Of a stretch of 64,000 bases of DNA, positions 39,761 through 55,733 are shown in pieces. Numbering within the stretch: the first letter of the stretch is position 1; each line of letters starts with the position of its first letter. The notes beneath the pieces were generated by a model. The model was not told the DNA's origin. It did not search any database and was given only the letters and a program-made list of their open reading frames with translations. The stretch is from Octopus sinensis (lineage: Eukaryota): assembly GCF_006345805.1 (NCBI RefSeq), contig NC_042998.1, positions 16,120,001-16,184,000 of the forward strand, read 5' to 3'. The position numbers and the translations under genes were made by a program.

Positions 39761-40191
39761 TTGGTAATAAGAAAATGAGATGACAAAGTAATACAAGATT
39801 ATTTTATGGTCTTCATTAGTTTGCAGAGAGCAAAAACAGCTATAAATTAATGAATTTCATCTCATTTTCTTATACACACACACACACACATATATATATA
39901 CATATGTATGTACGTATGTGTGTCTGTTTCTATGTGTGTGAGCGTGTGCGTGTCATTGTGTGTATGTGTGTATATGTGAATATACGTATGTATGTATATT
40001 CTTTCATACATTTATGCTTTTCACCACACAGGCAGTGGTCATGTTGGAGCACCGTCAGCACTATCACCTTTCCAATGATCATTGGATATGTTATATATTC
40101 ATATACATATTCGAGTATAAACATGCCATTATTATTGCACTATATAGATGCATATAATAATAATAATAATATTAATAATAATAATAATAAC

Positions 40192-40259
<68 letters not shown>

Positions 40260-40504
40260 GAATAATAATGATAATAAAGACTTATTATCGCCGTGTAAAC
40301 AACATGCATTCATGAATTTATTTAATTATAATTTCTTTAAATACATGTATTTTTTAAATACACGTGAATTTGCGTGTGTAATCTGGGAGTGCATAAAATG
40401 AGCCCTAGGTGTACGGAAAACACTGGGCGAGAAACGGAAGAAAATTTGAAAAAAGAAGGAAAATAATAATAATGATGATGATGATGATGATTATAATAAT
40501 AATA

Positions 40505-40550
<46 letters not shown>

Positions 40551-40551
<1 letters not shown>

Positions 40552-40922
40552 TTTTCTAATTGATGTATCAATACCAGCGGATGACAACGTATCTCTAAAA
40601 GAAATGGAGAAACTTTCAAAATACAAAGACCTGGAAATAGAGGTAACCAGAATGTGGATTCCAAAAGCAGAAACAGTTCCTATCATAATAGGTGCATTAG
40701 GCATGATAAAAAAATATTCAGACAAATACATAACAAAAACACCAGGACTTACAAACACATATAACATACAGAAAATTGCACTACTAGGCACTGCACACAG
40801 CCTACGCAGAACACTTTCCATACAATAACAACCAGAGCATCACAACAAATCACAGCACATACCCAAGGCACACAGAGCTGCGCTCGGTAGTGAAGTGAAA
40901 TCACGATATAAAAAATATACTA

Positions 40923-40926
<4 letters not shown>
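40551..40926 (+). mobile_element. R4/Dong-clade LINE, 5'-truncated 3' end within (TAA)n
   Basis: Reads FLIDVSIPADDNVSLKEMEKLSKYKDLEIEVTRMW...IQKIALLGTAHSLRRTLSIQ* plus 3' UTR. (AAT)n on both sides. Confidence 0.9.
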
Positions 40927-40971
<45 letters not shown>

Positions 40972-41017
40972 TTCAGGCAATAATCTGATAGATCTGTGTC
41001 GGCAAGAATTGAAAAAA

Positions 41018-41355
41018 TATGGAAAAAAGTAAAAGGGTATGGGGAACTTGCCGTGAGGAGTGGAATATCCAACATTTCGGATTCAATCCTTCGTCAGGGG
41101 GCAGAGAATAAAAGAAGAAAAGGTGAAAATGTCAATCAGAGTTTACATCCTCTGAGCTTGAAAAACTCGCTGCCCGTGTTATTTTGTGTCCATTATCAGT
41201 TGCAGCCAGTTTCTCAAGCTGACAGAATGTGAATTCTGACATACTCACTTTTTTTTCTCTGTTTCTCTGCCCTTTGATGAAGGACTGAATCAGAAACGTT
41301 GGATATTCTACTCCTCACAGCAAGTTCACCGTACTCCTTTCATTTATATTATATT

Positions 41356-41361
<6 letters not shown>
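41018..41361. repeat. Fold-back element with an HHR motif on each arm
   Basis: Arms ~41018-41174 and ~41202-41361 are reverse complements. Minus strand 41069-41099 reads CC-CTGACGA-A-GGAT-TGA-ATCC-GAAA-TG-TT-GG; plus strand 41272-41302 reads TTGATGA-A-GGACTGAATCA-GAAACGTT-GG. Confidence 0.85.
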
Positions 41362-41396
<35 letters not shown>

Positions 41397-41554
41397 TAAC
41401 GTAGGATAATTTTTTTTTTCGAAACAAAATGTTATCAATGGCCAGATTATTAACAAATACCTTTAAATGTTAAAATTATAAACAACTTATAAATTAGGGC
41501 AAACGAAAAAATTAGGCATTACAAAATTTTTCCTTTGCTCTTATTTTTATAAGT

Positions 41555-41584
<30 letters not shown>

Positions 41585-41606
<22 letters not shown>

Positions 41607-41656
41607 TAAATAGATAGATAGATAGATAGATAGATACATAGATAGATAAATAGATG

Positions 41657-41712
<56 letters not shown>

Positions 41713-41713
41713 T

Positions 41714-41800
<87 letters not shown>
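41585..41800. repeat. (AG)n plus long (GATA)n microsatellite
   Basis: Directly visible. Confidence 0.95.
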
Positions 41801-42010
41801 TACGTGCGTGTTTCCTTGAATATAAAATTAAATGTTGAAAGTTTTCAGCAGTGAGGATCAAGTAAGTATATGTGAATACAAACGCGTAATATGAATACTG
41901 GTGATTTGGGATTTCACCATCGAACCTCAGAGATTAAGTAATAGCCGAACGACAACGTGTGAATGTGTGTGTGTGTGTATATATTATGTACATACACACA
42001 CATGTATGTA

Positions 42011-42051
<41 letters not shown>

Positions 42052-42067
42052 GCATACATATATGTAT

Positions 42068-45182
<3,115 letters not shown>

Positions 45183-46562
45183 CTGGTATAAAAGATCGTG
45201 GGTAAGGCCAAGACAATGCGAAGTAAATGCTCGGTAAACCACACGAAAAATCTCATTGTTTCCAAAGACCTCTTCGTACACGAAATATCGTACTTTAAGT
45301 GCTGGCTCTAAATTCTTTTCAAATTCTCTAGGGTTAAGCTATAGAATATGTATATGTGTGTGTGTGTGCAGTCAAATATATATACATACATATATACACA
45401 CACATATGTATGTTCCTTGCGTGTGTGTGTGAGTGTGTGAATGTGAGTGTGTATGTGTATGTGTGTGTGTCTGTGGTTGTGTGTCTCCTTGTCAATTGTC
45501 TGATCATTATAGTGGAAGAAAACAGTGAGTAATTGAAAGCACTTACGCTCAAAATTTGAAATAGTGCAGCACTATAATCTGTGAAAGGAAAACATTGATA
45601 AAATAATTTGGATATCGTAAAAAGTAATATATATATAAAACTATAAGAATAAAATATTCTTTCTATATAATAAAAAGAAACTATATTTTTTCGCGAAAAA
45701 AACATTTATCATAATTTTACTAGCGTAAATTCTATCAAAACACAGCTTGACGTGTTGTTATGTCATGGATTTAAGTTAATAAAAACTTTTTGGTTAAAAT
45801 CAAACCTAAATATGCCCTCTTTATCCATATTTCTCTTCCACCATGTCTCTCCCCTTCTACATACACACACACACAAATACACACATACACGCACTAATAC
45901 ACAACTTATAATTATGTGTGTTTGTATTTGTATGTATTCATGTGGATACGCACTTATATTTTTACATAGATATGTTGGGTATGTGCATTTATGAAAGTAA
46001 GTATATATGTATATATAGTTATATACATGTATATGGTGAGCAGCGTTCGCTAAGATTCTGTGTGCTCCATCTTTGCCGTTTATTGAAAGTAGCGGAACGG
46101 ACCTAATTTAAATATGCGTTTTTTTTTTTTATTCCCCTCTGGTTTTATATTACAATAAAACGTGGAGATTCGGATATAATGCAGTGAGTACTGCGTTGTA
46201 CATTTTGACTTCAAATTTAACAGTAATTCCCTATTTATGGTGTTCTCTTCCAGTTTTGTAATCTTAGCCATAATGTCTATCTCTGTATGATCTATGACAC
46301 GCAGAAATCACTTGGTTGGTCGATGTACAAATTTGATCTAAAGTCGTCTTAAACAATACATTGCGTAAATTAGTTCGGCTCTTAATATTCTGAGTTCAAA
46401 TACCGCGACAACAACACATATGAAACAACAAGTTAAAGTTAAATATTTCGTAAATAACGAAGGAATATATATATATACATACGTACACACACACATATAT
46501 ATATTACTGAGATGTACTTGCATAGCATGTGATCTGATCTGAGAACGTGTGCTGAAACATAA

Positions 46563-46744
46563 GGAAAGTGTTTATAAGTCATTTAAAAAACACACAAAAA
46601 CCTTTATATTCACTTCAACATCTAAATTTCAGTGAACAGGGCGCAGTCTCAAAGCGAAGAATATATTTTGACAAATTAAATTTAAATGCTGAAATGAGTC
46701 GAACGGATTTTGTGTGCTTTTCAAATGGCTTATAAACACCTTCC
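46563..46744. repeat. Short fold-back element
   Basis: GGAAAGTGTTTATAAGTCATTTAAAAAACACACAAAA...CATCTAAATTT versus the reverse complement of AAATTTAAATGCTGAA...TTTTGTGTGCTTTTCAAATGGCTTATAAACACCTTCC. Confidence 0.8.
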
Positions 46745-47034
46745 ACGCAGCAATTGTTTTTGTATATATATATATGGACTGTTGCTACTGATGAGCTTAG
46801 AGGTCCACGCAGGTCATTATCATGTATTCTGTTTCCAGTGTAGTAGTTTGGTTTTTAATGTTGTTGTCTATGATATACTGAGCAAATGTCAAAGATGTTG
46901 TGATAAACCTTTATATAATTTGTTCCCTACTTACTTTTCACGAATACCTGTATTACAATATAATGTTTCTCAAGATGAGTTTTCGCGGTTTACCATGTAT
47001 GAACCATACAATGTAAATGTTGCTAATAAGCACA

Positions 47035-47785
47035 ATGGCAAAACGTACGTAGATTAAAAATAATATAAACTTCTGTTTATCATAACGTCTCGCACACACT
47101 TACTCAGCACCCTTACGCACATCCATACACGGATATACATATGAAAATATATCACTTTTATTGCCTTCAAAAGTCATTGTACTAAATAGGGCAGCTATGA
47201 AATACATTAGCAAAAATTAGCATTTCACATATTTGACAAAGCTGAGGCAATATTGTCGCATTCTTTTGATATTAGCCAGTAATGATGTAATGATTTAATG
47301 CCGTATCACAGATTTTCTTAACCTTTTTGTCGTAACACTGCTTTTGTTGAACGAACAAATGCCCTAGTATATGATGACCTGCCGAAATATTTGAAGGCCA
47401 TCATTATTTTGGCGACAAATTAAACAATATTAATTTCATTTTCACTACTAGACACACTTCACCTTTGATATTGGAAATAATATGCAAAATATAATCATAA
47501 AATGAACGTAATATATAATTTACTTTCAGGTTTCTGTGTTACTTTGATGAAGCAATGGTTTAATGGCCTGTCTGCTGCAACGAATATTTTCATCTGTTTG
47601 GCACTTTCATATTTCACATTAATATCAATGCTTGTTCTTTGCATCATCCTATGTAAATATCGCAGGTAATGTTATTCATATCATTCTGGATAAAGTGTTT
47701 ATACGAGATCTTTATGCCATCTAATATGTTATCTAATTTGATATTGATTTACTCATTTTTCAGAGCCCACCTTTATTCACTATGA
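47035..47785 (+). CDS. Candidate spliced gene for a ~55-aa single-pass membrane microprotein (join 47035-47044, 47530-47665, 47764-47785)
   Basis: Start context acaATGG; donor AC|GTACGT; acceptor TTTACTTTCAG|G; donor CAG|GTAATG; 98-nt intron with CTAAT; acceptor CATTTTTCAG|A. Phases are compatible. Product: MAKRFCVTLMKQWFNGLSAATNIFICLALSYFTLISMLVLCIILCKYRRAHLYSL*. No homology recognised. Confidence 0.4.
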
Positions 47786-49950
47786 GGTAAAACTCATCTC
47801 TCGCAGAAATTATCGAAGTAAGTACCCCAGGCACAGATATCACAATAATTTAGTACGTGTATTGTGATAATATTCACTGGGTCCAGAAAGAGACATTAAT
47901 ACTATTTTAGAAGAATTATTTTACGTCAGAAGATTCAAGTTCGCAGTCATTCAATTTTTCAGCAAATGTATTATTATTACAATATATTTTAATCGCTCGC
48001 TTGTAAAGATGAGCATTTTATGCATTCATATTTCTTGAATCTCTAATCTAATTCATGTTCTTCTGTATTATGTCACTTTTTCAGATTATATCGTTCAAAA
48101 CTTTGATGAAATTTAATCATCACTAAATAACTTAATTACTTATAAAATACCAAATTCAATTTAAAATGTGCACATTAAACAATTCTTGAAATTTAGTTGG
48201 GAAGCAAAATCAATTATATTGGTCATTACCTGCCTACATGCGAGATAGGTAACACATGACGATTACATCGTATATTGCAACATACGGAAAATCATTAGTT
48301 GTCAAAAAATCTACAACAATTCAATTCCGTGCTCCAGAATGACTGCAGTTTAATGACTGAAACAAGTAAAAGACAAAGATAAAAGGAAGGATTTCTGAAT
48401 TTCTATTTGATTAGACTTCAAATCCAGTCAATTTGTATGTCATCCTCATGGGATCGCCAAGTACTAGTAAAATATAATGGTTTATTCTCATAATTTTTAC
48501 TGCCGTCTTTTCTAATATATGTACAATATTGTACGGACAAAATAAATCAGTGATTAGGTAGCCTATTGCACTTGAATCTTATATCATTTTCTGTTTTGAA
48601 AATATATTTTTTGCTATAAAAGTTAGCATATTACAATGGAAAAGTCAGTATTCAGAAAATTGATAAGGAACCTAAATCTAAAATAACAACCAGAATGTGT
48701 TTGAAACATTATCAAGTCAATTTTACAAAATAGAACGACTAGTATAATGTTGCCAATCAATGCATCATATCCCTTGGGATAATTGGAAAATTTCCTGTCA
48801 AGGAAAAGTTTCATAACTAAGATAAATGATAATTTACTAATAAAATTATATTTACGTTTATCCCCCCATCACGTCTTTTTCTCATTTGGTAATATTTGTC
48901 AAGTTTTGATGACTTTCCAGGTTTCTGTGAAATTTCAATTTAATCTACCCAATTATTTTGAGAGGAAACGAGAAAAGAGATCGCTTACTAAAACTATTAT
49001 ATGGAAGATAATATAGGTTTATATGTTTTTGATAAATGGAACCCAATCACCCATTTCAAATATATCTGAATCAGTATTTCTATTGTATCTCAGAATCTAC
49101 ATAGCTAAACCATATCCAACGCAATTTGATACCCACTTATATGTCCATTAAATACTAACTGTTAAAGCGTTATAAAGTTTGGGATCCTGTTTACCTAATC
49201 AGATGATAATAATATTAGATTATACACATATTTTGGCTAAATAATTCCTTCTCCGTAAGCTACGTTGATTCGACAGTAGATAACGAATCGCTAGAGAAAA
49301 CAACTGCTGAGTATTTCTGATCATATTCCTATACATATATTTGAACATGAATTTGCTGTTGATTTATATAGTTTTTGCCTATATAATTATTCGAATCATG
49401 CCAATAAACTTTCATTCATATAAAATATGTAGCCACGGAAGTTCTACATCTTAAATATTTGCCGACTGTATGGGAATATGAATGATTCACTATAGCTGCA
49501 TTTCCATGATCACTTATGCCTATAGTTATTTGATATCACTTCTATACTGAATAATGACTTTAGTAAACTTTAAGTTGAAGAAGAAACGAAAATCATCATT
49601 GAAAAATAGTTACACATTTTCATCAAACATTTAAAATTTTGCATTATATCATTAACATAAACAATTTCGTAAACTGGTTTTTGTTAATTATATCTGATAT
49701 AGGTATCAGATGTTTAATATACAATCAATTCAACTGCAGTTAATTTATAATCAGTATCAGTAAGTTGTTGTTACGCATTATCCCCTTTTATTCAATATTG
49801 TCCTGGTGAGGGTAATCACACACGCATATGAAGAATGTAAGGCGATAATATAGCGCAAAGCGAAAATCAGTGATTTCGAACTGTAATCCAAACATGAAAG
49901 AGATTTCAAATATCATAATCAAGAGCCGTATATATATATATATATATTAT

Positions 49951-49995
<45 letters not shown>

Positions 49996-50002
49996 GGCAG
50001 AG

Positions 50003-50164
50003 CAGGCGTCTGTAAGTTTCCATCTAACACATCCACTCACAAGGCTTTCGTCGGCCCGAGGCGTTAGTATAGAAGACACATGGACAAGGTGCCACGCAGT
50101 GGACTCAATCCGGTTCCATGTGATTGAGAAGCAAGCTTCTTGCCACAGAGCCGCCGCTACGCCT
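50003..50164 (-). mobile_element. SINE family 2, 5' half
   Basis: CCACTCACAAGGCTTT.GTCGGCCCGAG...AGAAGACAC...AAGGTGCCACGCAGTGG is the reverse complement of 16325-16480. Confidence 0.8.
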
Positions 50165-50839
50165 TTATATCGTTTATCGGTATATGCATATGCTAAAGTG
50201 TGGTTTCATCTACAACTATGAATGGTGGTGCATGTTTGTATGTGTCGGTGTTAACCACGTTTGCATACATACATAAAAGCGTATGTAGGCATGTTCGGCT
50301 TTAAAATCGATAGAAATCATTTTCCGATATATTTAGTTATAAAACTGCTGATAAACACGTAAAAGCTGACGAACAAATGTGCATAGATGAAATATGCACA
50401 AAATAGCGACGAATCTAATGTAGAACATTCATAACATAAATCAGACTCAATCAAATAGCAGCATATTTTTACTTTAAGTACTCAATATTCTCCTTTGGCG
50501 AGTTTCCTATTTTCGGGATATATCTAACAAGACACCCTTGCTATGATCATATAAGCATTCGTACATATCTTATGCGTTACAAGAATCGATGTCAAACCAT
50601 CAGCTCAGAATTGTATATCATGACGTATAATTTACAATATGTACAAAATCAAGATTGTAGAAGTGGAGATTCGATAAAATCAAGGCACATTTTTTAAACA
50701 TATTCTTAAATTATAAATAATGATAGTTATCACTGACGCTGGAGAAATTGTGCATGCAAAGTGACAAGATAAAATGTTTTGTGAAGCACCGAAACGAATC
50801 AGTCATCAACAAATGGAATGTATACCGTTAGTATATATA

Positions 50840-52123
50840 TTGTGTTGGCAACTAAGTTCCAGCCGTTTTTCTTTTAATTAAATTTTTTTAAAGGTTTCAT
50901 AACAAATAAAAACTAATTAACCAATAATATATTTACCCTTGTTGTTTACAACTTCTTCCCAAATTTCAACAAGATTTTCAACACCTCGTTGGTAGAAATC
51001 GCTCGATTTCGACTCGAACAATTGATCCAATCAAGTTCTCAATTCTGCATCAGTATTGAACGAAACTCCGCGCATATCAGTTGAAAGAGGTGGAGATCCG
51101 TTGGTACCAAATCAGGAAAATACGGTGGTTATGGCAGCACTTCCCAGCCGTGTGTTTGAATGGTCTCCTCAGTCATATTGACTTTATGAGGGCGGACGTT
51201 GACGTGCATCAGAAGAACTCCATGCTGCCGATTAGGCCTTTTCTCTTGAATAGACGTATTGAGTCGTTCCATCTTTTTAACATAGAGTTCCACGTTGACC
51301 GTTTAGTTCCGTTCAAGCAATTTATAATGGATAATCCCTTCCCAGTCACACCATACGCACAACATCGTTTTACGCGGATGAAGTTCTTGTTTCACGCGCG
51401 GTGTCGCTTGTTTACCGGGGCTAAGTCGTTCCTTACACTGCATCATATTGATGTACAGGAGTCATCTTTCGTCGCCAGTAACGATTCAGAAAAGAAATCA
51501 TTGCTTGTGTCCATGAGATGAGCGGTTACAAGCAAGCAAATCCGCGGATATTGTGGCTCGTTGATTTTTGTTGTTGTTACTTAATGCATGCGGAACCCAT
51601 GCTCCATACTTCTGAACATTTCCCATTGAGTGAAGATGCTTCTCTATAGCAGTGTGGGGGCATTCCATTTTCTCTGTCAGTTCTCTAGACGTTTGAAGAG
51701 AATTTCTTTGCAAAAGTTGGTTTAATTGCTCTTCATCGAATTCAACTGGACGGCCAGAGCGGGTTGCGTTTTGCGGTAAAAATTTCCATCTTTGAACTTA
51801 GCATACCAATCACGAGTGATTATTTCAGCTATGGCACCCTCTCGATACACATCACAAATGTTGCGGGCAGCTTTTGCGGCCTTAGAACCTTGATTAAAAG
51901 CAAAAAGTAGGAGGTATCGAAAATGCTCGTTTTCTGAAATTGGCACTTCATTTTAATGATGCGAAAATAAACAAATAGTAACTAAAATTAACTAGAAAAA
52001 AAAAAGATTCCTAAATGATTCAAAAATAGAATTCTCGAAAGAAAAAAATAGATTCCAGAATTTAAAAACGCAATAAATTCCAAAATTTAAAACAAAACGG
52101 CAGGTTCTTTGTTGCCAACCCAA
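50840..52123 (-). mobile_element. Full-length mariner DNA transposon (1284 bp), inactive
   Basis: 30-bp TIRs: TTGTGTTGGCAACTAAGTTCCAGCCGTTTT and reverse complement TTGGGTTGGCAACAAAGAACCTGCCGTTTT (25/30 match). TA flanks at 50838-50839 and 52124-52125. Confidence 0.95.
50917..51951 (-). pseudogene. Mariner (DD34D) transposase pseudogene
   Basis: Reads EHFRYLLLFAFNQG (HTH), WVPHAL, IVTGDER*, HVNVRPH (second catalytic D changed to V), YFPDLVPTDLHLF and WEEVVNNKGKYIIG*. Several frameshifts and stops. Confidence 0.93.
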
Positions 52124-53134
52124 TATATATATATACATATATATATGCACGCGTGCGCGCGTATTCGGAAATTGCAATGCGATGAAAAGCATTATCGTCT
52201 TCTATACACTTAGAAGCAAGGTCTCAGGTACTCACATATATACATAAAATACAGAAACATATAAACACTCACACATATAGTTAATAGCCATGAAAATGCC
52301 ACAGAAAGAAAAGAAATTGAACCATATTGTTATTAGGTTAATGCATAAATTCGTGTGTGTTATTTGTGTAATTATGTGGAATAAGAATTTTGATTGATGC
52401 AAAGAAAAATCAGAGCCCATGTTAATTTATGATGTTAATGTTGATTCTAAAATTCTACATTTCAAGAGATAAGAAGTGAGAGACGAAACTACGAGTCTGA
52501 GATTACATTCTAGCATCACTTTGCTAGTTAGTGCATAAATTGCGGTCAAATAAGAAGATAGTCACTCATCAGAGGTTGCGAACATGAAAGTTTGATGTGT
52601 CAGAGCGTAATTAGAAAGCAGCAAGGAAGATAGTGAAGTCAAAATTGAATTGTAAATCTCACTAAAATGATGTCCGAAATACATTAAACAAACTTATCTA
52701 ATGACCCCCTAAAATTTGACTTTTTAGAGTTAATGTTGAATGCATATTCATAAATTAAAAATATTGATAAATATTGATAAATCATGGGCACTTAGGAATG
52801 CAATTGAAGAGAAATACAATAAAACGGTCATCAAAATTTTTAGGGTAGTACTATACGATTCTTTGGAGCAACGCTCGTTTACTATTGTGTAATTAAAAAA
52901 AAATAAATATTGATAACGACTGCCAAACCAAACGGATGTATGATTCTGAGAAATTACCGCCGATGGGATATGAGGTGATCGATCATTAGTATGATAGCCA
53001 GAAGATGGTATGAGAAGAGATATATCTTAACAGTTCATATGCTGCTAGTTGAAAGAAGCGTTAAATAAAACTGTACAACAGATAAGACGGAGGACTGGAA
53101 TATTGATGTAACTTGCTATATGAATATAATATAA

Positions 53135-53183
<49 letters not shown>

Positions 53184-53192
53184 ATATATATT

Positions 53193-53328
53193 GCTATATT
53201 TCGGAATAGTCATTATGCCAGTTTAGCCAATAAAAACACACGCACTATATATTTGGTGTTATTTTGCTTCAGTGTTATTTAATTTTTACATTAATCTTAA
53301 TCTTATTTCGGCCATTCCGAAATATAAC
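53193..53328. repeat. 136-bp element with ~19-bp terminal inverted repeats, between (AT)n tracts
   Basis: GCTATATTTCGGAATAGTC ... GGCCATTCCGAAATATAAC. Confidence 0.6.
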
Positions 53329-53387
53329 CATATCTGTATCAACACACGACTTCACATAAAAAATCTTGCACAACAAATATATAAACC

Positions 53388-53427
<40 letters not shown>

Positions 53428-53807
53428 AAATAAGACGAGGTAGAAATACTTTTATCATGAAGAACATTTTAATACCAGTATCAGTCTTTGCTACTTTTTC
53501 AATATAGAATAAAGCATCAAAAGCAATTAAATTGCGGAAAAATTAAGTGACATGATTTTAAAAAATATTTCCATAGATTTCAAATGCAAGGGATATTTTC
53601 CGATTTTCGCTCCCTCTGTCTCTCCAATTTTACTCTTGTGAGGGCTTGGTAGTGCAGGTAGTAGGTAACAGCAATAATTTACCTTATACATATCAACTCC
53701 TTTGGTCTTTTTAACCTCCTACACACACATACACACACACATACATACATACATACATACATACATACATACATACATACATACATACATACATACACAC
53801 ATATACA

Positions 53808-53852
<45 letters not shown>

Positions 53853-53861
53853 GTTATGTAG

Positions 53862-54168
53862 AAAAATACAAACTGGGACAAGAACGTAAAACATTTAGAA
53901 GACGATACAAAAACACGGACGGGACATTCGAAGCCTTCAATCTTCAGTCAAGAACCGGATAATCGTAGCAATTTCTGCTGATTAATCTTGAGATCGCTCC
54001 GATCCAGCCAGCCCCAAGGAAAAACTAATCTACGAGCATTAGATTTCTTGGAAGAAGGATCGAATGTATACGAAACAGGGACAGAAAAACGGACGATGTC
54101 ACACGAATATAAAATACAAAAAACAACAATGGTAAAAACAGGACAAAAACAGCGGGTGTCTTACGACT
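53862..54168 (+). repeat. Dispersed (AT)n-associated repeat; inverted partial copy at 56851-56980
   Basis: AAAAATACAAACTGGGACAAGAACGTAAAACATTTAGAAGACGATAC...TTCAATCTTCAGTCAAGAACCGGAT occurs in opposite orientations ~3 kb apart. Confidence 0.85.
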
Positions 54169-54854
54169 AATATATACATACACATACATATATATAATAT
54201 AGATATATGTATATATATGTGTATGTGTGGTGTATGTGTGTATGTATGTATGTATATATCGGTGTGCGTGTGTGTCTTTATATGTGCGAACTCACATATG
54301 CACACATATCAAGATAGACACACAGACTGATAGATAGATAGAACATAGCCATTAGTGTAGGTTAACCACTAAAGTACGATCCCATGATATTTGTGAACGA
54401 AGCCGAATAAGTGTCCTCTGAAGAGGATACACCCTTAAACAAACCCTAAAAGCAGTCCTTCACGTATTATCAGTCCCCTTTTGCGAGCATTCATAGTCTA
54501 GGAGTAAATTGTCTACATCGGTATTATACATTTAGTGAGATTTTATCATACATTTATATTAATTCTTCGTATTTACTCTCTGATGCGCATAAATATATAT
54601 ATAGATAGGATATAATATATACATACATACAAGTATACGCACATATACACACGTACCTGTACACTCACACACACACTCACACAGACATATACGCACATAT
54701 ATGTATAATTATATAGTACACTATATGTATACATATATGTATATATATATATTATATATATATATATATATATAATATATATATATATCGATCTATTTAT
54801 ATATCTATATATATGGGTGTGCGTGTATATATATATATATATTATATATAATAT

Positions 54855-54887
<33 letters not shown>

Positions 54888-55675
54888 GTATATGTACATG
54901 CATGTATGTGTGATATGTTATATCAACAGAAAAACTTTTTTATTGCGGCACCTGTTGCATATAAAAAGATTTCGTGCATTGTCGTAACGAGTTAACGTCA
55001 GCACGAATTCATTCATAAATTAAAACCAAAATATTGTGCAAAAAATAATGGTAGAAATAATAAAAATATGAAGTTGCATTAACTCGGTGGTCGATTCTAA
55101 CTTTCTCATTTATAATATTTCTGTACTAAAATTCCAGCAGAAGAATAAGAAAAACAAAATATTTATTTCTGGCATAAATAAATTGAACCAGCTTCTCCCT
55201 TGGTGATTTTGCTGTTTGTGTAAAAGCTTCTTACCAATCTTATTACTCAATTAGATGAGCCAGCTTTCATATTGGTAATAAACACAGTGAACGTGTAAAG
55301 CAACTGGCTAAAATGATTTATTCACGATTTACCAAGCCGCATGGAGTCAAGAAATGTAATCACAAAAGAACATATTGGCTTCTGAGATTCAGGCATAGAA
55401 TGATAAACAATAACGAGATTCCGAATAAAGAAAGTAAAATGAAAGTTAAGAAAGATTGATTTGAATGGTCACTACAGGAACGTATTAATAGTTGCATGAA
55501 TATATACATGAATATATAAAAAGAATATATATACATATCTTAGAACCGGCAAACACACGCATATATGCGTATGCGAATGTATACGTAAAATATATAAAAC
55601 TATATGTACACACACACAAACAGTTATAAGTGTGCACATTTGTATGTATGCATGCCTCTCTTTCTCTCTGTTTTA

Positions 55676-55733
<58 letters not shown>

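Noticed and set aside
46710-47057. 115-aa ORF as an unspliced gene
   Set aside because: It starts inside a fold-back repeat and has no recognisable domain. Splicing it at GTACGT into the 47530 exon hits a stop after 11 codons. It is better read as the 5' exon of the candidate spliced gene.
51081-51521. 146-aa plus-strand ORF
   Set aside because: Antisense frame of the mariner transposase pseudogene.
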